Below, piece by piece: positions 8,910 to 16,725 of a DNA stretch of 31,377 nt. Origin of the DNA: an uncultured Actinomycetota bacterium (GTDB lineage Bacteria > Actinomycetota > Humimicrobiia > Humimicrobiales > Humimicrobiaceae); assembly GCA_964556035.1 (NCBI GenBank), contig CAZKVA010000002.1, positions 1 through 31,377 of the forward strand, written 5' to 3'. Numbering within the stretch: position 1 is the stretch's first letter; every line of letters begins with the position of its first letter. The notes below the pieces were generated by a model, which was given only the letters and a program-made list of their open reading frames with translations, had not been told where the DNA came from and did no database searches. The translations under genes were made by a program, and so were the position numbers.

Positions 8910-9755
8910 TTAGAGTTTTTGATCCAATTTATATATATCAGGCTTTCTGTGTTTTAAAAGAGGAAGCTCTTCCCTGATCCTTTCAATTTCTGTTAGATCG
9001 AGTCCAGCATTCAATAAAGTCTCCTCTTTGCCGGCTTCAGCCATTATTGAGCCCCAGGGGTCGACTATCAGTGAATGTCCATAAGCTTCATAAGTGCTAC
9101 CTGTATCTCTTGCAGGTGAAGCACAGGCAAAATATACCTGATTGTCGAGCGCTCTTACTCTTGCAGTTATATGCCAATGAGCAGGACCTGTTATTGTATT
9201 AAAAGCTGCTGGTACAATTATCAGTTCTGCACCCATCAGAGTCATTTTCCTGATCAATTCCGGAAATCTCATATCATAACAAATAGCTAACCCTATCGTA
9301 CAAATATCTGTTTTAAATACAGTTATATCTTCTCCGGGAGTTATAAATCTTGATTCCTTAAAGGAGATACTATTTTTTATATTGATATCAAAAAGATGTA
9401 TTTTACGATGACGCGCAACCATCTTCCCATTTTTTCCAAATACGAAAGAAGTATTATAGATCCTGTCTTCATCTTTTTCAGGTATGGAACCACCTATAAT
9501 ATAAATATTCAATTCCTTTGCAATTCCGGAAAGCATGCTAGTAGTCTCACCTGTAGAAGTCTCTGAAAACCTTGAAAAATAATTATAGTCGTATGGACAA
9601 TTAAACATTTCAGGAAGCACAACTATATCTGAACCATTATCCGAAAAAGCTTTTCTTATCATTGATTCTGCTTTTTGGAGGTTTATACGCTTGTTCGTAG
9701 CGATATTCATCTGGCATATAGCTATTTTTGCAATTTTAGTAGTTTTTTCAGACAT
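8910..9755 (-). CDS. Carbon-nitrogen hydrolase (Nit1/Nit2-like amidase)
   Basis: Catalytic triad in LPEMF, HRKIHLFD and ICYDMRFPE, plus PAAF and RALDNQVY. Start set at MSEKTT (9755), just downstream of the upstream gene's stop. Confidence 0.9.
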   Translation of the reverse strand: MSEKTTKIAKIAICQMNIATNKRINLQKAESMIRKAFSDNGSDIVVLPEMFNCPYDYNYFSRFSETSTGETTSMLSGIAKELNIYIIGGSIPEKDEDRIYNTSFVFGKNGKMVARHRKIHLFDINIKNSISFKESRFITPGEDITVFKTDICTIGLAICYDMRFPELIRKMTLMGAELIIVPAAFNTITGPAHWHITARVRALDNQVYFACASPARDTGSTYEAYGHSLIVDPWGSIMAEAGKEETLLNAGLDLTEIERIREELPLLKHRKPDIYKLDQKL

Positions 9756-9768
9756 TTGTAAATTAATA

Positions 9769-10146
9769 TTATTTTTTAGAAATATGAATATTCTGACCAC
9801 TTGAAAGTGATTTAAAAATGGTCAGGTCATTCTTATCTTTAATGTTACCAATAAGATTGACTGGTCCAGCCGCGCGGGGTCGATCATCTGTACTTGCCGG
9901 AGTAAGGCCAAAAAAAATACAAAAAGCATTCCCGGGAGGCCAGTATGCAAGAGAACCTTCATCAAGAAATTCAATTCCATCTTCTATTTTTGATTCAATT
10001 GGTATTTCAAAATAGATCTCATCACCCCATCTATTAATACTAGACCCTAAAGGGAGAGCAGTATATATTCTTTTAGCAGTGAGGGAATTATTTAACTCAC
10101 CTTTTATTTCTTTTCCTGATATTTCAATTATAATGTCATTCATCAT
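9769..10146 (-). CDS. Cyclophilin-like fold protein (DUF369/TM1367-like)
   Basis: LPL...RWGDEIYF and G.LAYWPPGNAFCIFFG.TP. Confidence 0.78.
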   Translation of the reverse strand: MMNDIIIEISGKEIKGELNNSLTAKRIYTALPLGSSINRWGDEIYFEIPIESKIEDGIEFLDEGSLAYWPPGNAFCIFFGLTPASTDDRPRAAGPVNLIGNIKDKNDLTIFKSLSSGQNIHISKK

Positions 10147-10302
10147 TGTCTTTATCTATAGTGATCTCTAATGAGATTATAATTGAAATTTTAAAATTTT
10201 ATTACTAAATAATAATATATTTATATATAATAGTGATACAAAAGTAAATATATTAATTATGCTAATTTTAGATAAATTATTATTTCAGAGTAAGGATATC
10301 AA

Positions 10303-10587
10303 ATGACTATCGAAAAAAAACACGAGTCCGGAACTAAAAAAGGTGATGTAATCCTTTATGCCTTAAGTACGTGTCAGTGGTGTAGAAAAACAAAGGACCT
10401 TCTTAATGAGTTGAGTATCGATTATTATTATATTGATGTGGACCTGGCAATTGGTGATGATCAAAAGGAACTCACGGATGAGATTAAAAAATTTAATCCT
10501 GCATGCAGTTTCCCCACGATGGTGATTAATGAAAGGGATACAATTATTGGTTTTGATGAGGATAAAATAAGGGAGAAATTTGAATAA
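10303..10587 (+). CDS. Glutaredoxin-like protein resembling methanoredoxin
   Basis: LSTCQWC active site, cis-Pro motif SFPT and GFDE. It overlaps the next gene by 1 nt (TAATG). Confidence 0.88.
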   Translation: MTIEKKHESGTKKGDVILYALSTCQWCRKTKDLLNELSIDYYYIDVDLAIGDDQKELTDEIKKFNPACSFPTMVINERDTIIGFDEDKIREKFE

Positions 10588-11096
10588 TGAAAGATAAGCA
10601 AATAAATGATAAGGATATTGATAAACTTTTTAATAGCCTTAATGAGGATGCTCTATCATCGGGTTATAACCTTAATCCAGATACTTCTTTTACTAAAAGT
10701 CTAGTCAGGGGACTTCTGATAAATGAGGAAAGGTATGGATACGGAGCATGTCCTTGCAGGCTAGCTTCTGGGAATAAACGGGAGGATCTTGATATTATTT
10801 GTCCATGTGACTACAGGGATCCTGATCTGGATAAATACGGAGCGTGCTATTGCGCCCTTTATGTTGATGAAGAGATAAAATCAGGAAAGAAAAAAGTATC
10901 ACCGATACCTGACCGCAGGTTTAATAGAGATGAGGGAAAAATTGATCATAAAAACAAGATCGGAAATACCAGTTTGAAATATCCTGTCTGGAGATGCAAA
11001 GTATGCGGTTATCTGTGTGCAAGGGAGAATCCTCCGGCAGTCTGTCCTGTATGTAAAGCGAAAAAAGAAAGATTTGAGATATTTATAGGAAAGTAA
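10587..11096 (+). CDS. Ferredoxin:thioredoxin/disulfide reductase catalytic domain fused to a C-terminal rubredoxin-like domain (FDR type)
   Basis: CPC...CPC...CYC cluster and disulfide motifs, followed by WRCKVCGY...CPVC. Confidence 0.9.
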   Translation: MKDKQINDKDIDKLFNSLNEDALSSGYNLNPDTSFTKSLVRGLLINEERYGYGACPCRLASGNKREDLDIICPCDYRDPDLDKYGACYCALYVDEEIKSGKKKVSPIPDRRFNRDEGKIDHKNKIGNTSLKYPVWRCKVCGYLCARENPPAVCPVCKAKKERFEIFIGK

Positions 11097-11103
11097 AGAT
11101 TAA

Positions 11104-11184
11104 ATGAGATTTATAGACCTTCGAAGCGATACTGTCACAGAACCTACACCAGCAATGCTAAGATCAATGATCGAGAAAGATACA
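11104..11184 (+). pseudogene. ltaE: 5' stub of low-specificity L-threonine aldolase
   Basis: Not in the ORF track. ATG at 11104 gives MRFIDLRSDTVTEPTPAMLRSM, the DLRSDTVT.PT signature of LtaE N-termini. Similarity ends at about codon 24-27, where the antisense dinB stop begins, and the frame stops at 11253. Confidence 0.75.
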
Positions 11185-12363
11185 CTAGTCAAAAATATCA
11201 TCTTTTTTTATGATCTGTGCAAGCGTAAGCTTGTTTTCACCGAATTTATTTGAAATGGTGTCGATTGCTTCAGTGAGGCTCTCATCTCTTGAGCGGTCAG
11301 AGGGTATAAGGCCCTCAAGTAAAAAATTTTCCTTAAGGCCGCTTACAGAAACACCTATGAGCCTTATTTTTTTACGTTCAAGATCAATATTTTTAAGAAT
11401 CGATATTGCAGATTTTTGAATATCAAATATTCCATAAGTATATTGTTTAAGGGTTACTCTTCTGCTTATAGTCTTAAAATCAGAGAATCTGACCTTTAAG
11501 GTCACGATCTTTCCCCTGTAACCTTTAAGACGCATATTCCTGGTTATCTTCTGTGCGAGGAAAAGAAGGGTTGATTTAAGAATAGAAAGATCATCAATAT
11601 CTTTACGGTATGTGATCTCTCTTCCTATTGATTTAACCTCATGGTTTGGAACTACTTCTCTATCATCTATACCATTTGCCAGATTAGAAATTACTTTTCC
11701 CAGTTCACCAAATCGGGTCTCTACCAGCTTCGGAGGAATATCTGCCAGATCGCCGATAGTATCTATTCCCATAGATCTTAGCTCTTTTTCTGTTACCCGT
11801 CCGACACCCCAGATATATGAGACAGGCAGAAGTTTGATCTTTTCCATCACTTCTGGTGTATTGTCAAGAACTGTAAAGCCATTGGGTTTTCCCATGTTTG
11901 AAGCCAATTTTGCAAGAAATTTGTTGGGACCTATTCCTGCAGACGAGGTAAGATTTGTATCCTCATATATTCTGCCTTTTACTTTCCTGGCTATCTCCAG
12001 GGCATCTCCAAAAAGTTTTTCACAACCTGTTACATCAAGAAAACCTTCGTCACAGCCAATAGTTTCAACAAGGGGAGTGAACCTGGAAAATATTTTTATG
12101 ATCTTTGCAGATTCCCGGAGGTATTTTTCCATATTTACCGGAACATATATTCCCCGGGGACACTGTCTTCTGGCCTTTGATATAGGCATGCCGGAATGAA
12201 TACCGTATTTTCTGGCTTCATAAGAGGCAGTAGACACAACTCCTCTATTGAGAGGTCCGCCAACTATAAGAGGTTTGTTCTTGTATAGGGGATTATCTCT
12301 TTGTTCTATCTGGGCAAAAAATGCATCCATGTCTACATGGATTATTTTTCTTAGTTTTACCAT
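11185..12363 (-). CDS. dinB: Y-family DNA polymerase IV with catalytic residues retained
   Basis: HVDMDAFF, SYEAR, GCDEGFLD, LAKLAS, KP.G and WGVG. The start overlaps the dnaE stop (ATGGTAA). Confidence 0.92.
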   Translation of the reverse strand: MVKLRKIIHVDMDAFFAQIEQRDNPLYKNKPLIVGGPLNRGVVSTASYEARKYGIHSGMPISKARRQCPRGIYVPVNMEKYLRESAKIIKIFSRFTPLVETIGCDEGFLDVTGCEKLFGDALEIARKVKGRIYEDTNLTSSAGIGPNKFLAKLASNMGKPNGFTVLDNTPEVMEKIKLLPVSYIWGVGRVTEKELRSMGIDTIGDLADIPPKLVETRFGELGKVISNLANGIDDREVVPNHEVKSIGREITYRKDIDDLSILKSTLLFLAQKITRNMRLKGYRGKIVTLKVRFSDFKTISRRVTLKQYTYGIFDIQKSAISILKNIDLERKKIRLIGVSVSGLKENFLLEGLIPSDRSRDESLTEAIDTISNKFGENKLTLAQIIKKDDIFD

Positions 12364-15300
12364 ACTGGTCCGGCTTCTGCCAGGATATCCTGCTTTAAAT
12401 TTTCTTTTTTAAAGTCACTGTTTATTTTTTTCAAATGAAAAAGATCAATAGCTTTATCACCTATGAGGGTAATATCACCATCCTTATAATGTAATCTTCC
12501 TGCAATTACGACAATGGTCCTGTTTGTCAGTATATTTGAATTCTCCAGATAAGGCCCTGGAAAGAATACTGATTCAAACATACCGTCCCTGTCTTCAATA
12601 GTACAGAAAAGCATGCTTTTACCGTCCCTGGTTTTTTCTATTCTTCTGTTTATAATAATTCCTGCAGTAAAGATATTTCCTGAAAACGCAGGCCCCGCAG
12701 CATTTATAATTTTTAGAAACAGTCTGCTTGGTATTATTTTAAAACTTTTAAGTTCATTTTTGAAATAATCCAGTGGGAAAGCACCCACACAAAACCCGAG
12801 CATTATAGTTTCTATCTTAAGCTTATCTTCAAAGGTGAAGCCCTGCCGGCCAGCAAGGGAAAGCTTTGAGTGTGGGTATAAGGTAAGCCTTGCCTGTTCC
12901 ACTGTGAGATTTTTACTTGTCCTAAGATAATAAAAAACAGTAAGAAGATGTCTGCGCTTAAGCCCTGTATAGTCAAATGCTCCTATTTTTATCAGGTTTT
13001 CTACAGCATTTTTGGTAAGTCTGCAGCTCCTGGCAGTTCTGTAATGAAAATCAAAAAAATCCCTGAAGGGCCCATTTTCCGATCTATCAGCGATGATGGC
13101 TCTTGAAACTGCAGGACCAAGTTCCTTTATTGATATCAGCGGTACTCTTATGGATTTTCCCTCATCTTCTACAGTAAAACATTCCTGGCTCCTGTTTATA
13201 TCAGGAAGCCTTATATCGAGACCCAGCCTCCGGGCCTCTTCTATATACTGTCCCTGTCCATAATATCCTGAGTTATTGGTCAGTATCGAAGCTATTAGCT
13301 CGGCTGGAAAATAAACTTTAATATAAGAGATCCTGTAAGAGATCTCGCTGTATGCAGCTGCATGGGCCTTCACAAAGCCATAACTTGCAAATTTGGATAT
13401 CAGTTCGAATATTGATGTAGATGTGTCAATTGAATAACCTCTTTTAAGTGATCCGCTTAAAAATCTCGATCTTTGTTTTTCCATCTCCAAAGAAGATAAT
13501 CTTGTAATAGCTTTCCTTAAAGTGTCTGCCTCGTTTAGAGAATAACCTGCAAATTTTAACGCTATCTTCATGATCTGCTCCTGGTAGAGGATGACACCAT
13601 AAGTATCGCTGAGTATAGGCTCAAGATCCCTGTGGAGGTATATAGTTTTTTCTCTTCCAAACTTTCTTTCTATGAAGTTTTTGACCATTCCTGATTGCTG
13701 GGGGCCTGGACGGTAAAGTGAGATGAGCAGGGTTATATCATCAATAGAGGAAGGCTTTATTTTTTTTGCCAGAGCCCTTATTCCGGAACTTTCCAGCTGG
13801 AATATACCAAGGGTATTCCCATTCATTATAATGTCAAATACCTTTGGGTCATCGCGTCCTGTATCAGATATATCAAGATCAATGCCTCTTTCCCTTTTCA
13901 GGATGGAGGATACATCGCTTATCAGGCTGAGACTGAGGGAGCCAATAAGGTCTATTTTTAGAAGCCCCAGGTCCTTTATGCCAGCCATATCATACTGGCT
14001 CATTACCTCTCCGGTCTCAGAAAGAGTCAGAGGGACTTTTCCCGCCAGAGACTTGTCTGAGATTATAAATGCTGAAGGATGCATGGAAAAATGCCTTGTG
14101 TAATTTTCAATTTTTCCGGCAATAGAAAACGCCTTAAGGTATAATCGATTTTTTGTTGCAATGGATGACAGGGCCCTGCCGGCAGGATGATGTCCTCTCC
14201 GGTATGGAAAATCATTAGATCTCCTGGCTGTTTTAATGATCTGGTCGGTATCATCCTTTCCCAGGCTCAGTATCCGCCCGGCCTCCCGCAGTGCTGATCT
14301 GGGCCTGAGGGTGGAGAATGTACATACCCTGGAAATACTGTCCCGCCCGTATTTTAATAAAAGGTACTCCAATATTTCATTTCTTCTTTTGCTACAGATG
14401 TCTATATCGATATCAGGAGGTTCTTTTCTTTCCTGGTTCAGGAATCTTTCAAAATAAAGGTCATGCTTCACAGGGTCAATATTTGATATTCCCAGCAGAT
14501 ATGAGACAAGACTTCCTGCCGCTGACCCTTTTCCGCAGATAGGGATCTTCTTTTTGTGCGCAAAACTTACCATATCGGCTACTATTAAAAAATAGCCGTC
14601 AAAGCCGGTCTTTTTTATCATGGACAGCTCCTTTTCCAGCCTCCTGCATGACTGTAGGGGAGGGGAATTGCCATATCTCCACTGAAGTCCTTCCAGGCAA
14701 AGTTTTTTTAAATAACTGCTGCCGGTCTCTGCCCCGGGAAGGTTAAAACGGGGAAAGATAGTTTTACCCAGCTCCAATGCCAGATTGCATTTATCTGAAA
14801 TGATGCGGGTATTGACGACTGCCTGTGGGATATCGTTAAAAAGCCTTTCCATTTCAAGAGATGATTTAAAGTAGTGTTCACTATTTGTGATGGGCCTTGT
14901 CACGGGATCACTTTTTGAGCTCATTGATCTTATTTTGTAAAGATACTGGTATGCAGTAAAATCATCCGTCTTTATATAATGGACATTATTAGTGGCTACC
15001 AGAGGAAAATTATTTTTAAGGGCAAATCCTATTAGTATTTCTGAAAGCGAAGAATAGGATGGAGGTATTCTGTATGATGGGTATCTCTGTATTTCTATAT
15101 AAAAATCACCCCCAAATATCTTGAGATAGTCAACCACCTTTTTTCTTGCCTCCTTTTCGTATCCTTTACCCACAAGGAAAGAGACTTCTCCGCTGGTGCA
15201 GGCACTTAATCCGATGAGTCCCCCGGATCTTTTTCTAAGATACTGCTCTTCTACGGCAGGGACCGGAAAAGTGTTTTTCTCCAGATGGGACCTGCTTACA

Positions 15301-15584
15301 ATCCGGCAAAGATTCTCATATCCGCATTCATCCTTTGCCAGCAGCACCAGGTGAAATATCCGGCCGCCTGCAGCCAGGCCTATCTCGCAACCGATAATGG
15401 GCTTTATATTCCTGGATACGGCCTTCCTGTAGAATTCTATTGCTCCGCTCATTATGTATTTATCAGTAAGTGCGACAGATCCCATATTGAATCTGGAAGC
15501 AGCCTGCAAAAGGTCGTCTATCCTTATGGTCGATTCCATCAGGCTGTATTCGCTATGGACGTGAAGATGAGAAAAAAAGGTCAC
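12357..15584 (-). CDS. dnaE2: DNA polymerase III alpha family, probable SOS error-prone DnaE2-type
   Basis: PHP domain (HLHVH), GSAAGS, YFERFL, PPDIDID, LKIDLIG, YGVILYQEQ, YGFVKAHA and a C-terminal OB fold. GTG start with SD AAAGGA, LexA box upstream and linkage to dinB. Confidence 0.85.
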   Translation of the reverse strand: MTFFSHLHVHSEYSLMESTIRIDDLLQAASRFNMGSVALTDKYIMSGAIEFYRKAVSRNIKPIIGCEIGLAAGGRIFHLVLLAKDECGYENLCRIVSRSHLEKNTFPVPAVEEQYLRKRSGGLIGLSACTSGEVSFLVGKGYEKEARKKVVDYLKIFGGDFYIEIQRYPSYRIPPSYSSLSEILIGFALKNNFPLVATNNVHYIKTDDFTAYQYLYKIRSMSSKSDPVTRPITNSEHYFKSSLEMERLFNDIPQAVVNTRIISDKCNLALELGKTIFPRFNLPGAETGSSYLKKLCLEGLQWRYGNSPPLQSCRRLEKELSMIKKTGFDGYFLIVADMVSFAHKKKIPICGKGSAAGSLVSYLLGISNIDPVKHDLYFERFLNQERKEPPDIDIDICSKRRNEILEYLLLKYGRDSISRVCTFSTLRPRSALREAGRILSLGKDDTDQIIKTARRSNDFPYRRGHHPAGRALSSIATKNRLYLKAFSIAGKIENYTRHFSMHPSAFIISDKSLAGKVPLTLSETGEVMSQYDMAGIKDLGLLKIDLIGSLSLSLISDVSSILKRERGIDLDISDTGRDDPKVFDIIMNGNTLGIFQLESSGIRALAKKIKPSSIDDITLLISLYRPGPQQSGMVKNFIERKFGREKTIYLHRDLEPILSDTYGVILYQEQIMKIALKFAGYSLNEADTLRKAITRLSSLEMEKQRSRFLSGSLKRGYSIDTSTSIFELISKFASYGFVKAHAAAYSEISYRISYIKVYFPAELIASILTNNSGYYGQGQYIEEARRLGLDIRLPDINRSQECFTVEDEGKSIRVPLISIKELGPAVSRAIIADRSENGPFRDFFDFHYRTARSCRLTKNAVENLIKIGAFDYTGLKRRHLLTVFYYLRTSKNLTVEQARLTLYPHSKLSLAGRQGFTFEDKLKIETIMLGFCVGAFPLDYFKNELKSFKIIPSRLFLKIINAAGPAFSGNIFTAGIIINRRIEKTRDGKSMLFCTIEDRDGMFESVFFPGPYLENSNILTNRTIVVIAGRLHYKDGDITLIGDKAIDLFHLKKINSDFKKENLKQDILAEAGPVW

Positions 15585-15598
15585 AAAGATCCTTTCGT

Positions 15599-15625
15599 AG
15601 CCTGAGTCCAGTTCTCGGACAGGCT
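15599..15625 (-). other. GC-rich hairpin in the dnaE2 5' leader
   Basis: Minus strand reads AGCCTG-TCCG-AGAAC-TGGA-CT-CAGGCT, ending just before the SD. Confidence 0.45.
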
Positions 15626-15702
15626 CCTAATATTTTATAAAATTAATATTCCAATGATCATGATGAGTCGCACCTATTGTAAAAGGATTTTAAGTTTATG
15701 TA

Positions 15703-15731
15703 ATTATACCGAACAAATGTTCGCTTTGCAA
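15703..15731 (-). promoter_or_regulatory. Sigma70-type promoter of dnaE2-dinB
   Basis: Minus strand: TTGCAA (15731-15726), 17-nt spacer, TATAAT (15708-15703). Confidence 0.8.
15710..15723. promoter_or_regulatory. LexA (SOS) box, Gram-positive type
   Basis: CGAAC-AAAT-GTTCG matches CGAACRNRYGTTCG exactly and lies inside the promoter spacer. Confidence 0.9.
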
Positions 15732-15834
15732 TAAGCTTTCGGATATTCTTTTGGCAATAGGGTAATTATTGGAAAGGAAAAAAGAATCTTGAATATGCTA
15801 TTCAGTACTCTTAATTACTCCTGTTGTATAGTAC

Positions 15835-15875
15835 AATAATATAAGGCAGACCCTTAAAGGACGCAAGGGCCTGCC
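15835..15875 (-). terminator. Hairpin with U/A tail, probable minus-strand terminator
   Basis: Minus strand GGCAGGCCCTT-N9-AAGGGTCTGCC (11 bp with one G-U) followed by TTATATTATT. Confidence 0.45.
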
Positions 15876-16009
15876 GCCTGGAATGTATTCTCATATCAAA
15901 TCATGGTAAATCTTTCTATATGTAATTCTATATGTAATTTTTTATGTATAAATAATTTTTTTAAGAAGTGACAATATCGCAGAATAACAACAAGTATCTG
16001 AAAGCCCTC

Positions 16010-16038
16010 TTGACAAAACAATAAAAACTATATAGCAT
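16010..16038 (+). promoter_or_regulatory. Sigma70-type promoter of the fur-like gene, probably leaderless
   Basis: TTGACA-N17-TAGCAT. The ATG lies 8 nt after the -10 element and there is no SD. Confidence 0.55.
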
Positions 16039-16046
16039 AGCTTAGA

Positions 16047-16475
16047 ATGAGACTCAATAGCAATAAAAATTTATTACAAAATCATCCATTAACAAGTCAG
16101 CGGTGTCTGCTTTTAGAACTATTAAATAATGCAGAAGATCATATAGATGCTAAGGAGCTTTACCAAAGAGCCAGTAAAAAAGATGAATCTATTTGTCCGG
16201 CAACTGTTTATCGCAGTCTTAACCTGTTTAATGAACTGGGTCTGATTAACCAAATAAACCTGGGTATGGACCGGCGTTATTATGAGATTAAAAAATCACA
16301 AGAGAACTATTACTTTGTATGCAGGAAATGTAGCAAAATCATTAAGTTTCAAAATCCCCAATTAAAAAAAATGATCGAGTCAGTTCAGAAAAAACACAGA
16401 TTTAATGTAACCAAAGCAGAGTTATGCCTTGAAGGTTATTGCCCAGAGTGTGGTAAGAAGGGTAAAAAAGATTGA
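16047..16475 (+). CDS. Fur-family regulator with a degenerate His metal site
   Basis: LTSQR..LLE, HIDAKELY, ATVYRSL, CRKC and CPEC. The usual HxH segment reads ENYYF. Confidence 0.85.
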   Translation: MRLNSNKNLLQNHPLTSQRCLLLELLNNAEDHIDAKELYQRASKKDESICPATVYRSLNLFNELGLINQINLGMDRRYYEIKKSQENYYFVCRKCSKIIKFQNPQLKKMIESVQKKHRFNVTKAELCLEGYCPECGKKGKKD

Positions 16476-16725
16476 CTTGCCTAACTTAATAGCATATTAA
16501 AGATTAAATAGTTATATACTGATTTTAAAAAATAAGGAATAACTAAATAGTTTAAAAATTACAGCTAAAAGTAGAAGTACAGATTTACAATAATAGTAGC
16601 TAGTAAAAATACATCAGTTTGTTATTAAAGTGGTAACAGTTAGCAGGGAAATATTGAAAAAGGTTTTAAGTTAAGCAATAAAAAGTAGGTGTAAAGGGGT
16701 TTGGCTGAAAGCAGCCGTAAGTATT

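Noticed and set aside
9756-9800. Longer nitrilase start from the ORF track
   Set aside because: It overlaps the upstream gene and adds a low-complexity peptide. MSEKTT is the better start.
15845-15885. Resemblance to a c-di-GMP-I riboswitch (GGCAGACC...GGACGCAA..GCCT)
   Set aside because: P2 lacks the GNRA tetraloop extension and no 3' strand for P3 or the receptor exists downstream. A simple hairpin explains the sequence better.
16476-16700. Possible decayed gene between fur and trxB
   Set aside because: The plus-strand sequence shows several stop codons and no recognisable peptide could be assigned.
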